64,000 nt of DNA from the NCBI RefSeq assembly GCF_001194135.2, contig NC_068982.1:160854645-160918644 (forward strand), given 5' to 3'. Under the pieces are notes generated by a model, which was not told where the DNA came from, ran no database searches, and worked only from the letters and a program-made list of their open reading frames with translations. Below, in pieces: positions 38,950-53,184 of the stretch. The first letter of the stretch is position 1, and every line of letters begins with the position of its first letter. Position numbers and translations under genes: made by a program. This DNA is from Octopus bimaculoides. Lineage: Eukaryota.

Positions 38950-39646
38950 TGCAAAAATATACATTTAAAATTTGTAAAGAAATGCTTATATTTTATTTAA
39001 TATTCTATGTTGTCTACAACATATGTGTTGTCTACAGCGTATGCTGATAATAGCCTACTGAATATTTCAATAAGCTATTTAGGCTAAGTAAGCAACAGAA
39101 TAAAATGACACCGAAAGAGTACTTCAGAGTTATTTCTAATCAGTTATCATTGTTGAAGATTGAAAAAAATAATAATAATAATAATAATAATAATATATAA
39201 TTATATATAAAGTGTGAAAATAAACAGCAAAATTAGAATATATAAAATAAGTGAAATGGAATAAAATGGGCAGCAGTCTGTCGTCTATATCTGTCGCCAT
39301 AGAAAATATAACTATCATCGTCGTCGTCATCATCATCATCATCATCATCATCATCAGTAGCAGTATCTACTGCAACAACATTCGCAGCAGCATTAGCTGC
39401 AGCATTGTCGGTAGCAGCAGCATCGTACCCACATTACCTCCAGCGGCGTTAGTACCACCATTACTACTACCATCATCATTATCATCATTATCATCATCAT
39501 CATCATCATCATACCACCATCACCACCACCATCATCATCATCCTTATCATCTTCATCATCATCCTCAACAGCATCGGCATCATCCTCATCATCCTCATGC
39601 CACCACCACCACCACCATCAGCATCCTCCTCATCATCATCACCATC

Positions 39647-39683
<37 letters not shown>

Positions 39684-39830
39684 CTATCATCACCATCATC
39701 ATCATCATCATCATCATCACCATCACACAGCCACGATGATATCCACTACCACCTTCACCACCATCATCGTTGTCGTCGTCGTCGACGTCGTCGTCGTTGT
39801 CGTCTGCATCATCACCTTTCTGCAGGAACT
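38875..39830. repeat. Trinucleotide repeat cluster (GCA)n-(GTA)n, (AAT)n and (CAT/CAC/CGT) mosaics
   Basis: Directly visible; source of the poly-Y/H/M/S/I ORFs. Confidence 0.92.
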
Positions 39831-40273
39831 CGACATAGTGATTTGATCCCGCTAGAAACACCAACCAAATCATCTGTAATTCACAATCTACTTTCTTTAA
39901 AAAGTGGGGAGATATGTCTATGGTGATGGTCTGGAGGTAACAGCAGAGTCCCTAAGCTTCGCAGATTTTCCGAAACCAATAAGACCAATATCTATAACGT
40001 TCGTCTTCGACACTTGCAAATGAGAGTCATAGTAAAAGCATGTGCAAAGAGGAAATTCTGTTTTGAGGAAGAAGAACTGGATTGAGTGACTAACGTCGAC
40101 TCGTATGATGTAAACAGAGTATTGCGTATTACTATACATTTTCCATAGACACTGTTTTGTCATCATCTCTACCCACTGCGACCTTTTGTCACGTTATATT
40201 TTCTGTCATTCACTCAGAATCTGACACGTCCTTCTTGTCCGACATAGCTAACAACGAGCAAAAGAGAACACCT

Positions 40274-40318
40274 GCTAGAGACAGCAACCAAATCGCCTTT
40301 AAATTACACACTACCATC
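40274..40318 (+). repeat. Unclassified interspersed repeat core (family E)
   Basis: gctagagacagcaaccaaatcgcctttaaattacac has diverged homologues at about 106-150 (+), 12620-12660 (-), 41345-41398 (-) and 55545-55590 (+). Confidence 0.55.
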
Positions 40319-42917
40319 AAGGAGACGAATTATTAGACTTTTTAGAGTTTCAGTTAAAGTGCATTTGTCCCAGGTCTCTTTGTTCTGAATTCAAAACCTG
40401 ACGAGGTGAGCTTTAATTTTTATCCTTTCGGAATCATTAAGTAAACTGCCAGTCTAGGGTTGGTGGAATGGCAGACATATTTAAGCGTCGACCTAGATAC
40501 TTTGCATTCCGAGTTCAATTCCACCCAAGGATTCAATTTTCGTCGTCGTTCAACGGCTAATTACCCGACCACACTACCATAATTTATTATGGAAAGTTGC
40601 AGTTGCATAATTTATTTTGGAAGGCGGCGGCGGCGTCGGTGGTGGTGGTGATTATGATGATGATGATGATGATGATGTCTTAAAAACAAATAAAAGGTGA
40701 AATAGTGGAGAATGTAATCCTAGGTGTACTGAGTCTGGTAAAAATGATTTTCCTGCTGTTGTTATTGTTGTTCTCCACTGTGTTTGAGTCGTTGTTCTCC
40801 GATCATCTCCTAATTTTTAACCAAACTTTATACAGGAATACCTTATCCTCTATGTCCTCTACTTTTTAAAACATAAAGTGTGATGAGGGATGTTTTTCTT
40901 TACTATTTCAAGCAGTTCAAGCTACCACTTAAAGGGTAAAACGATTTCTTTCGAAGAGTGTGTGTTTCACTCACAACTAACAATAGCCATCATGACTCTG
41001 CAGTATTACTTTCAACCGACTGTTTTTCCGTTGTGTATTGGACAGCTTTGCCTTCCATAGTACGCATGTTTTATGTGGCCTGTGAATGTTGGTGGTATTT
41101 TAATAATGTGGGTGGACTTTTCTCTATGTATGCGTATATGGTATGTACTTATCATTAAATGTCAAAGGTAGACAGTTGATGTTCGGTTGCATATTAAATA
41201 AATTCTTTGGTGCTGCAGCTAAGAACAATATATATACATTGGCTGGGTGCGTGCTACTACCAGTTTGTTTGAATTATGTTTCTAAGTAGTTGAAGTACAA
41301 ATACCGATGAGTATCTAGGCTTACGTTATCTAACGTGACCTTTCTCTCTTTAAGACGATAAGGTGATTTGAGGGGAAAGTTGGTATCCATATTTCTTATA
41401 CCAAATAACAGGTTTAAGCAGTAGCTCACAAATCTTTATGCTCCACATTCCTGTTTCATTGATTTTCGTATCCCACCAAAAGTAATACCACACTTGAAAA
41501 TAAATAGGTGAAATATCTCATTACCATCTTGTAAAAACTTAAACAGTAATTTCGATGAACAACTTGAGCTCAAAATACATAAGCTTTCGACTCACTGCAT
41601 AAGAGGTAAATATAAATTGATCTATCAGAAAACTGATCAATCACAGTTGCTAACATAAAATTCAATGTCTTTTTTATTGCTGCTTCTTATTCATGACTTT
41701 ATTGAAACCTAGAACTTTTATGCTTGTTGCCATCCGCAGGTCTTCCTCTGGATTCAGGCGAATTTTACTTTGATTTACAAAAGATAGTTGACACCGTATT
41801 CACTAAAGCATTTCTTTGCAATAAAAAAGCACAGTGTTTGGTCATAATCTCTTAAGGGTTAAAACTGAATATATAGAATATTAAAAGCGTTGGTGTGCTT
41901 AGAAAATTAAATTTATTTCTAAGAATTAACAATTTTGTTCTGAAAAGCGATTTAAATACAATATTTACTTTCCCTTTGTCGCACACATCTGAAATGCCAT
42001 CTCGCACCGCGGGCTGGGAACACCTGGCTTAGAGGCTTCGTCGTTGTGACAGCAGTTATGTATATTTGCTGTAGGGCAATGGAAGGTTATCTACGATAAC
42101 GTTGAAGAATGTTAATGAGAAGAAGTGATTTGAAGATATATTAATGATGCCGCACTCAACAAATTCTTAATTGAATCTTCCTTTCTAGTTAGAGAAAGAA
42201 AACAAAAAACTAGCGGCAATTCTTTGCAACTCTCAAAGAAAAGGGGAGATAATTTCAAGAAATTAATCATCAACCATTAAATAATTAGTCAGCTAAATTT
42301 TAATGTTGTTATTATGTTTCTCTAACGGGGCAGATATAATATCAAATGCATTTCAATCATAATTTTATCGTAACTTTTTTCATACACATTTAGACGATTA
42401 TATTAACTAAAGTGTCTTTGCTTTCTTGACAGAATAGGATGTAATTGGAGATCTTGTAACTATGAAAAGACGCTCACGCTGGTTGTTAATGTTTTGTATT
42501 GTCACTTAGAAAGATTTATAGGATTTTATATGTGAGTATGGAACTGATAAATATTCTAGGACTTTACTAGATTAAAGCGTCTTAGAGTTTTTCTTTGTTT
42601 TAGTTGTTTTTTTTGTTTTTTTAATTTTGTACCGTTAGAAGAAAAAGCGTCTATGTGGACACTGGCTTCCTGAAAATATCAGCAAAATGTCTCTCAAGCA
42701 ATCGTGTACGCCTTATAAAGGAGAAAATGAATTTTGTTAAGTTTTGTTGTTCCATTCTTTAAAACCAAATCAGTTTTGATGTAGTAGAATTTTGAATACA
42801 GATATTTCAACTGTAAGCCCCTCCGCCATTTTTATTTATTTATTTATTTATCTATTTATTTTTGCATTTAATGTACAGAAGATTACATTACATAACATGT
42901 CCTTCCTTTTTATTCAG

Positions 42918-42974
42918 ATAGTATTGTGTAATGTAAAAGAGCTGGCTTCTGTTCCTAGCAGAGCAAGCACCTAC
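42918..42974 (+). other. Candidate 57-nt symmetric internal exon (IVLCNVKELASVPSRASTY)
   Basis: Acceptor ccttcctttttattcAG, donor GTAAAT, length divisible by 3, only phase 0 is open. No homology recognised. Confidence 0.2.
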
Positions 42975-44233
42975 GTAAATGTTCGCTCATTGACTTGTTC
43001 CTTTTTAATGGTTAACATTATGTCAGCCCTGATTAAGCAGAGCTTTCAAACTGACTTTTAGACATTTTCTCATATAGGTCTTGTAAAGATTGAAGGTGTG
43101 ATATGAATTGCCACTTTTAAGGAAGAATTAGTTGTATTTCTTTATAAACTTGTCCAACATTATAGACAAGATAAAAAAGTTATATGGATGCAAATCATAT
43201 TTTAACAAGGAAAAGTAGTAGGGAAACAAACTTCACTAATATTTATGGGAGGGTGTAATATGTTCATTTAAGAACCACAGCTTGCTTGCAATTCGCCGGC
43301 TATTCGAACAGGCCGAGTCACCTCACAGATAGTTCCTCATTAGTGCGTGTTGATTTTCTGTTACCATAGTTACTGTTGATGTTAATATTGATGGTGATGA
43401 GAGGGAAGAGAAGAAGAGCGGAAGAGAAAGAAAAAAGAAAAGATTGGAGAAAGGTATAGAATTCAATCCAACTCTGTAGGCTAAAACCTATTGACGCAGA
43501 CTAGCCAATCGAAAGCTTCATTCGATTAGTATTTATCACTAGGAGTCATGTTATATTGAAGATATGCTACACTAAACCCCTCTTCAGTTATCCTAAAAGG
43601 TTGGTTTCCATCAACACTATATTCTGCGAAAGAATTGGTAAGTGGGAAAAATGTTGCTTCTATTATACCAATCTTATTATGCATAAGTAAAGTTTAAAGC
43701 CTTCCAATTAAAAAGTTGCTCTTCTAAATTCTATAGAATACAGGAAAAAATGAAGCATTTTTTTATATGTTGATTATTCATGAATAGGTGGCCGTTATTT
43801 CATTCTTAACTGCTGGGAATTCATTTCCCAATGGTGGCAAACAGGGAAACATAACCTTTTCTGTTGAAGATGGTAGATCAATCAGAAGTGAGATTCATGC
43901 AAACAAACTGAGCGAACCAAAGAAAGGCAACAAAAACACAATCTACAATGTTTCTTACATTATAATGAAAAGGAAAAAATAACACAAAGAAAAAAAAATT
44001 ATCTCAATAAATATGCTGAAACCTAGAAACGATTGAATGAAGTTATCAACAAAATAATAATAGCTTAAAAAAATAGAAATAGCAAAGAAAACTGTGGTGA
44101 AAAGAACTACGAATCACGTCATAGTTGAATAAGCATGCATGTGATACATATATACATATATGCATGAATTTATACATACATATGTATTCAACATGCACAC
44201 ATACATATGCACATATACACACACATACACACA

Positions 44234-44272
<39 letters not shown>

Positions 44273-45121
44273 GATCCACATACATAAAAAAGAATGAGAT
44301 AGACATTGATTCAAAAGATTTTACTTTAACAGGAAATTGGATCACGGTAATTTTCTTTAATTTTTATGATGTGTTTTTTTACTTCCTTGCACTCAATAAA
44401 TCGTTATGTGTGTATTTGTACTTTATACATACACATACACACAAACACGCACACACACACACATATATATATTATATATATGCACACACATATATATATA
44501 CATATATATTATATACATATATATTAGGGAGAGAGAGAGACGTCACATACCATATCATATATCATATATACAGATATATATGTATATACATGCATATACA
44601 TGCATAGAAAGAAAGAAATAACAAGAAAGGGGAGATGCCTTAATAGTATACATTTTATTTATATTTTCCTGGTTTGTTTTTTGGTGGGGAATACACAAAT
44701 TTATATGTTTATATTACTTCTTAATTTTATATATATTTTTTGCATTTATATTTGTTCTTTTGCTTGTTTGTTTTTTAGTGGACTGTATTCTTATGATGTT
44801 GATGTTTTCACTCATTTTATTCATTTCGTCTCTGAAATTATTCTCTGTCTAAATCACATGTAACATGTAATAGTAAATCGATTTACAATAGACAAAACAT
44901 AAAAAAAGTAATATGGATTGCAAAATACAATAAAGAAAGAAAATAGAACTACAATCAAATGAATTGTATATTATTACTGTTTATTTTGTCCAGACAATAG
45001 CATCTAATTTATTCCATATATACAAGAGGCTAGCGAGGGGAGAAGGATGTGTTTTTAAAAAATAACGTATGTTTTATATCGCTGCAATTTTGATATCTAT
45101 GTATTGGTGTGTGTATGTAAT

Positions 45122-45209
<88 letters not shown>

Positions 45210-46705
45210 CATATACACACACACACACATATATATATATGTATATATGTATATATATATATATAATGTATGTACCTATGTATGAATGTAAATATGGCCG
45301 AATAGTTAAGATCTTGCTCTCATGAGATTCAAGATTCGATTCCCTTACGTAAGAAAGTGTCTCTTTATAAAAATATATTCCTCCAAATTTGTTACGGAAA
45401 TAAGTTACCCAGAAACTGCGTAGAAGACAGTCAGATGGGTTTTATATGCATTTCAAAGGATCAACTGTCATACACGAATTCTTACTATCATTTATATTAC
45501 AGGTACCGGAGACTGTAGAATATTCAGTTACTTATAGAATGAGTTGATAGTTCAACTGATTGTATTGCTCGCTTTGTAATAATTGTTCAAAGCTTACTGA
45601 TGACGCATATCTATGAAGAAAGGACCTGTACAAAGATAAAATACATAATTACATTCACATGCACCCACACACACATACTTGTGTGTGTGTTAGTGTGTGT
45701 GTGTATTAACTATTTTTAATAGGTCAGAGTCATAAAGTGACCTAAGAGTCGCATAGCACTTATCAAGTAAGAATAAATCAGATTGGTAAGTACCAGGAAT
45801 TAAAATTTCCATCAGTGAAATTACCGCTGATTAAAAACAATTTATAATATGTATACTCCAATAGTGAGTTCTATTTATCCTGTTTGTTCTACAAAAACTA
45901 TATATATTTATATATATCTTTTAAATTCGTTTATAGAACTCTAGGCGTATGCAAATAAAGCTCCTATTTCATTATGCCGACTTCCGTCTAATGATACTGA
46001 CTAGTAAGTCAGTTTTTCGGTGTTGCATCATGGTTATACAAGCCGTTTTTCGGAATTACATCAGGTGTATATGTGTGTGTGTGTGCGTCATATTTCAACT
46101 GCTAAAAGGTGAACACACTGCAGTTACGTGGAGAAAATATTTCTTTTATGCTAAAGAGGTGTGAAAACACTCGGTTTGTTCAGGAATCACAGACACGATG
46201 TTTCAAGCTTCTTGGCTCTTGTCAATTAGATGTACCCAAGAGAGGCAACTCTGAACAAACTTATAAAGCCAGAGCTTTATTTATAATTCAGTCAAAAACG
46301 TTGACTGATTTGCGCTAGTAGAAAATAACGAAGAAAATAACGAAATGTTAGCGCTATGCAGTGTTTAGACATAAACAGAATTTAGGTTAGTTGAAAAACG
46401 TTTATGACGTAAGAGAGATATATTCCCCACGGTAACTGCAGTGTATTTGCTTTCAGCAGTTGAAATAAGTCAGACTTTAATAGTGGCAAACTTCAATAGT
46501 GGCAACACCTTGGTTAAAGCTGCAAGGAGATGTTTTTAATCTGAATGATATCTGGATACAAATAAAAAAAGAACAGGATACAAATGAAAATCACATTGCG
46601 AGAGATCCATGCAGCAGAAACATATGTCGGACAAAACTTTAAATTAAATATCCTGTATAAATGACTATAATAATAAACCTTATTTAGTAGAATTGCCTTG
46701 GCTAC

Positions 46706-46869
<164 letters not shown>

Positions 46870-47328
46870 CATTAAAAGTTAAGAGATATGAATGATGAAA
46901 ATATTTATTTCACCAGTTAATATCCGCCGGCTGAAGGCCATTTCGCAGCTTCATCGTGTAATAATGAATTTTATCTTAATGTATGATAAGTCATTTTACA
47001 TGGCTGCTCTAAAATGCATGCTATATATTGCATAGTACTATTGTACATTTACAAATCAATGCAGATATGATATGGTGGCTCTTCAGATCAACAGAACTTC
47101 CTGGTTACATCAAGTTTTCAATGTTGCTAAATACATTCTTCATATATAGAATGTATGGAAGACCAATGGTTGATAAAATTTACCACATAGAGGAAGAAAA
47201 AAAGATTTAGTAAGATGTTAAAAAGGAAATGACGAGTTGTAATGATGGAGGTGAAGATAAGAGAGAAAGAGATAGAAGGGGCAGGTAGATTTTCGTTAAT
47301 AAGATTGAGGGAATAATAATAGAGGGAG

Positions 47329-47593
47329 AAAAGAGTGAAATTTATAAGAATGAGAGAAAGGTATAGAGATACTATGCTTATGAAATATAGAGTAACGTCA
47401 ACAAGAGAGAGAATAGAGTGAAAGTTATAAATAATGAAAAGAGGGGGTAAAATCGTGTGATAGATTTAAAACATTTAATTTAATATGGTAGATCGAAGGA
47501 TTAACAGAAGAAAAATAGATGAAATTATTTTGAGAGTTTATCAAATAAATATCTATATATATAAAAATGAGAATATGTGTGTGTGTGTGTGTG

Positions 47594-47624
<31 letters not shown>

Positions 47625-49484
47625 GTGAATCCCTAAAACTCGAGAACTACGCAACCAATTTCATTCAAATTTTACACATGCCTTACTTAGGGTTCCAGTT
47701 GTGTTTTAGTCAAAAAAAAATTTTAACTTCTTCCAGAGTTCGAGCCCACAGCAACATAATATCTCCTCCACTATTTAAGTATTACGTGTCAAAAGTGAAA
47801 CAAAAACACTCATGTCAAATACTTTCACTTTAAAAATGAAACTATTCTACTAACTGAAACAATTACATTTCGATACTGTAATGACAGNNNNNNNNNNNNN
47901 NNNNNNNNNNNNNNNNNNNNNNNNNNNNNNNNNNNNNNNNNNNNNNNNNNNNNNNNNNNNNNNNNNNNNNNNNNNNNNNNNNNNNNNNNNNNNNNNNNNN
48001 NNNNNNNNNNNNNNNNNNNNNNNNNNNNNNNNNNNNNNNNNNNNNNNNNNNNNNNNNNNNNNNNNNNNNNNNNNNNNNNNNNNNNNNNNNNNNNNNNNNN
48101 NNNNNNNNNNNNNNNNNNNNNNNNNNNNNNNNNNNNNNNNNNNNNNNNNNNNNNNNNNNNNNNNNNNNNNNNNNNNNNNNNNNNNNNNNNNNNNNNNNNN
48201 NNNNNNNNNNNNNNNNNNNNNNNNNNNNNNNNNNNNNNNNNNNNNNNNNNNNNNNNNNNNNNNNNNNNNNNNNNNNNNNNNNNNNNNNNNNNNNNNNNNN
48301 NNNNNNNNNNNNNNNNNNNNNNNNNNNNNNNNNNNNNNNNNNNNNNNNNNNNNNNNNNNNNNNNNNNNNNNNNNNNNNNNNNNNNNNNNNNNNNNNNNNN
48401 NNNNNNNNNNNNNNNNNNNNNNNNNNNNNNNNNNNNNNNNNNNNNNNNNNNNNNNNNNNNNNNNNNNNNNNNNNNNNNNNNNNNNNNNNNNNNNNNNNNN
48501 NNNNNNNNNNNNNNNNNNNNNNNNNNNNNNNNNNNNNNNNNNNNNNNNNNNNNNNNNNNNNNNNNNNNNNNNNNNNNNNNNNNNNNNNNNNNNNNNNNNN
48601 NNNNNNNNNNNNNNNNNNNNNNNNNNNNNNNNNNNNNNNNNNNNNNNNNNNNNNNNNNNNNNNNNNNNNNNNNNNNNNNNNNNNNNNNNNNNNNNNNNNN
48701 NNNNNNNNNNNNNNNNNNNNNNNNNNNNNNNNNNNNNNNNNNNNNNNNNNNNNNNNNNNNNNNNNNNNNNNNNNNNNNNNNNNNNNNNNNNNNNNNNNNN
48801 NNNNNNNNNNNNNNNNNNNNNNNNNNNNNNNNNNNNNNNNNNNNNNNNACTAACAGTTGAGGGTTGCGTAGTCTAGACGGCGTTTTTAGATTTCATTATT
48901 TTCTTTAACCCGGGCAAAGCCGGGTATTTCTGCTAGTAAGCAATAAACATAAGCAAAAGGATAAGATTGCTGGAGATATAAAAATAAACTAAGCGTTAGT
49001 TTAGAACAATGGTTAGTACCAAACAGGGTTAAAGTTTCCAAATAAACTATATTGAAAAGTCAACACGAATATCAAGAGGGTAAACAACTATAATCTTTAA
49101 CATCCTCGGGAAATAAAACAATGAAATAAGACCATGCAAAAGGACAGACAATCATATCTACGTAGCTGTACGTTGAAGCACTCATTAATCTACATATATG
49201 CTATACAAAGATGAAACTTAAGTACAAACTCAACTCAAAACTAATGTATATTATTATAAATACATATATAATTAAAATATACCGAAATCACGTACGTAAA
49301 CAGAATATAGAAGAATCAGAATATGCACGATTACCTGCCGCTGGCGATAACTATGATATGCGTTTATGCATCAGTTAACCACATGAGAATCTTCTCTACT
49401 TGTAAATATTGCAGTATCTGTGTGTTCTAACGCAACATTTTGCCTTTAATTATTAATACTGCCTCTGTCACTGTATTTACATAC

Positions 49485-49531
<47 letters not shown>

Positions 49532-51040
49532 ACATATATATATATATNNNNNNNNNNNNNNNNNNNNNNNNNNNNNNNNNNNNNNNNNNNNNNNNNNNNN
49601 NNNNNNNNNNNNNNNNNNNNNNNNNNNNNNNNNNNNNNNNNNNNNNNNNNNNNNNNNNNNNNNNNNNNNNNNNNNNNNNNNNNNNNNNNNNNNNNNNNNN
49701 NNNNNNNNNNNNNNNNNNNNNNNNNNNNNNNNNNNNNNNNNNNNNNNNNNNNNNNNNNNNNNNNNNNNNNNNNNNNNNNNNNNNNNNNNNNNNNNNNNNN
49801 NNNNNNNNNNNNNNNNNNNNNNNNNNNNNNNNNNNNNNNNNNNNNNNNNNNNNNNNNNNNNNNNNNNNNNNNNNNNNNNNNNNNNNNNNNNNNNNNNNNN
49901 NNNNNNNNNNNNNNNNNNNNNNNNNNNNNNNNNNNNNNNNNNNNNNNNNNNNNNNNNNNNNNNNNNNNNNNNNNNNNNNNNNNNNNNNNNNNNNNNNNNN
50001 NNNNNNNNNNNNNNNNNNNNNNNNNNNNNNNNNNNNNNNNNNNNNNNNNNNNNNNNNNNNNNNNNNNNNNNNNNNNNNNNNNNNNNNNNNNNNNNNNNNN
50101 NNNNNNNNNNNNNNNNNNNNNNNNNNNNNNNNNNNNNNNNNNNNNNNNNNNNNNNNNNNNNNNNNNNNNNNNNNNNNNNNNNNNNNNNNNNNNNNNNNNN
50201 NNNNNNNNNNNNNNNNNNNNNNNNNNNNNNNNNNNNNNNNNNNNNNNNNNNNNNNNNNNNNNNNNNNNNNNNNNNNNNNNNNNNNNNNNNNNNNNNNNNN
50301 NNNNNNNNNNNNNNNNNNNNNNNNNNNNNNNNNNNNNNNNNNNNNNNNNNNNNNNNNNNNNNNNNNNNNNNNNNNNNNNNNNNNNNNNNNNNNNNNNNNN
50401 NNNNNNNNNNNNNNNNNNNNNNNNNNNNNNNNNNNNNNGTATATATGTATATATATAGTTTTTTCTTTCGAAAAAGTTTTTTTTTACACAATTGCTAGAA
50501 AGTGCTCTGGTCGAACCCGAGACGCAAGACACTATATAACTTGGTTTAAGAAGAGACAAAATTTATAATCATCCTATAGTTATGATCTACATCAACAACA
50601 ATAAATACACCAAGACAAGGAACATATCAATATATTATTTAGAATAGAAATAAGATATACATGAGAAAAAAATATACGTAAAAAAGATAATAAAGAATGA
50701 TACATCGATTAAAAATCATGTTAAATTTTAGATTAAGAATGTTGAATAATAATTAAAATTTGTAAGATACATCGACGGCAGTGAGAAATTGTAATGATGG
50801 AATTAAATATGACAGAAATGATTAGGATAAATGTATTTTAAGAGTTCTAAAAATTGATTATAGAGGGTTATAACACCCTTATAATGCTATAATGAACAAA
50901 TGTACTTTATGCATTAGGGAATCGTACATTATCCTTAAATCATACAATTCGGACACATTAAATAAATTCTCTGGTACCATTCATTCATGTACTCATATAT
51001 TTCACTCATCCTTCATGGAGCTTCATAAGACGCAATATAG
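47329..51040 (+). mobile_element. Naiad-like PLE copy, interrupted by a Helitron, a microsatellite and a gap
   Basis: 47329-47364 and 48977-49017 match the minus-strand copy at 52405-52107; C-terminal YNAIMNKCTLCIRESYII...TLNK...SCTH (50880-50996) resembles the CxLCxxEK...LNKR...CRH end of the GIY-YIG domain. Continuity across the gap is inferred. Confidence 0.6.
47552..48936 (+). mobile_element. Non-autonomous Helitron (interior mostly in gap 47888-48848)
   Basis: A|TC 5' end (47551|47552), CTAG|T 3' end (48936|48937), GC-rich hairpin ACCCGG-GCAAAG-CCGGGT (48908-48925) 7 nt before CTAG, no target duplication, (TG/CTGT)n near the 5' end. Confidence 0.85.
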
Positions 51041-51309
51041 GGAATGACGTATTTACCAGCCCTGTTTCTTCTATTTAATTATTCATTACCCAGAATTTTT
51101 TTAAAAAGTCTTTTTTCCATCATGTCTAACCCCCCGCCCCCAAATGTTTTTCGGTCTCCCATCATCCTACACTAAAAAATTATTTAGATATATGAGCGTG
51201 AATCATTGTAAAAGTGGTCGATAACTGATACAGTAGCCGACAACCAACATAATGTAACCTTAAATTTTCCTTTCTCATATATTTCTTTGAACCTTGTTAT
51301 CTATTTCCT

Positions 51310-52405
51310 TATTTCCTGAAGAAGGGGACATTGTCAGTGTGAAACTAAAGGATTCATTAAAGGGACACATTAATTTTTTACGACTGTTACATAGAGTGGA
51401 ATAATCTGGATTATTATCAGGTATAATAGGTTCAGCTTCACTTTTATCAATAGTATTGCTATTGGAATTCTGAACATCGGTATATTGACTTTAATGTAAA
51501 AGATATACTAGGATTGCTCAGGGCGCTAGAAATTGCTATATTGAATGTACTGGCGTTAGTTGTATTCTTTTGAGCCGTACTGTTTAAGTTACTACAGTTA
51601 AATATGACTAGATATTCAGCAATATTGGGCATGACAGAGTATGCTAATTTAGTTGTGTGTCTATCGAAAATTTTGTTATACGGATTAGATTTAAGGAAAT
51701 TTTTATCTATAGCCTGAAAAAAATTCTAGCTACATCACTACAAAATTTAGACTGAATATTCTTATGTAAATTATTCTTGCTTTTATTCGGATTATACGCA
51801 ATAGTGTTTAAAGTAGTTTGGTTGCAATGATAGTTCATCATATTATTTGAATTAAATATCTGACTATTGTATTTATTGTGCATGTTATTGTTATTCTTAT
51901 TACTTTATTTTATGAATACAGATGCGCCTGCAATTCAATGCGCTTAAATAGTTATACTCCTTCTATCAATATGGGAGTGCACTAATACAGTAGTCTATAA
52001 ATAGGTTAGGTGCGTGTGTGTATATTTTTTATTCTTTGTTGATTCTCAATAGAGTTTATTTGGACACCTGCATAAATAGGCCATTTCAACTTCAAGACTA
52101 TTTGAAACTAACCATTGTTCTGAACTAACCCTTAGTTTATTTTTATATATATGTACTTTATATACTCTCAAGATAATTTCATCTGACTATTTTTCTTCTG
52201 ATATTCCTTTACTGTCTTTTGTTTACATTAACAAGTTCACTAAACTTCGATCTACCACATTAATTCAAATGTTTTTACTCTATCTACCTCTGTTTCAATA
52301 TTTACAACTTTCACTCTGTTCTCTCTCTTGTTGATATTACTCTCTGTATTTCAAAAACACAATATTTCCATACCTTTCTCTCATTCTTATAAATTTTACT
52401 CTTTT
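51310..52405 (-). mobile_element. Naiad-like PLE copy (linker and pre-endonuclease Cys motif)
   Basis: IDKNFLKSNPYNKIFDRHTTKLAYSVMPN (51710-51624; cf. IDKHFP...KIFNRNTVKVSYSCMPN) and CNSRKKLMCP (51391-51362). Confidence 0.7.
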
Positions 52406-52600
52406 TACCTTCGCCAAGAAAGGAGGTTATGTTTTCATTGGCGTTGGTTTGTCCGTCTGTCTGTCTGCAAAATAACTCAAAAAGTTGTGACCGGTATTTT
52501 AATGAAACTTGCAAGTAAAGTTGGTAATGACACAAGGAACAGATGATGAAATTTTGGTAGTGATCCGGGAATTTTTATGGACTATTGAAGGATTTTTCTT
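52402..52600 (+). mobile_element. Helentron-associated element (HINE/DINE-1-like), 5' part
   Basis: tttttACCTTCGCCAAGaaaggaggttatgttttcattggcgttggtttgtccgtctgtctgtc: T-run, subterminal IR and GTCY microsatellite as in DINE-1/HINE elements. Confidence 0.75.
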
Positions 52601-53184
52601 TTGCTATATTTACTTTACATGAAGTATTACAATGTTACGTTCTTTGATTATCTCCCTTGAAAACACATCGTTTCCACGTAACCTATGGTGGTGTTGTTGT
52701 TTAGAGACAGTGTTGNNNNNNNNNNCCCTTGAAAACACATCGTTTCCACGTAACCTATGGTGGTGTTGTTGTTTAGAGACAGTGTTGATGATGATGATGG
52801 TCGAGATAAGTATGGGAGGAGGATAAAATAGTATCGGCGGTTATAATGGTGACAGGAGCAGTGTGATGTGTGATGGTGGTAATAATGGTGTTGATGATAA
52901 TGTTAGTTGTGTGATGGTGGTATTGCAGTGGTTATACTGGTTGTGGTGGTGAAAGTGACTGTCAAGGTAACCGTCATGATAACATTGATAGCGGTGTATG
53001 TGGTCGAAGTGGAAGCAATGACAATGTTGCTGATGATGTTGATAGTTGTGAACTGCTTCAGATGATTCTTGTTTTTAAAGGGGTTTTTTTTTCTTAAAAT
53101 CATATGGCTGTGTCATTTTATTTTTCTTTTGCTCNNNNNNNNNNTTTTTCTTAAAATCATATGGCTGTGTCATTTTATTTTTCT

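Noticed and set aside
39139-39926. Overlapping 90-160 aa His/Ser/Ile/Met-rich ORFs as a low-complexity protein
   Set aside because: Open in several frames on both strands, as expected of a trinucleotide mosaic; no splice signals or unique domain.
43360-43373. RFX X-box-like GTTACCATAGTTAC
   Set aside because: One mismatch to consensus, isolated, no promoter evidence; plausible by chance in 64 kb.
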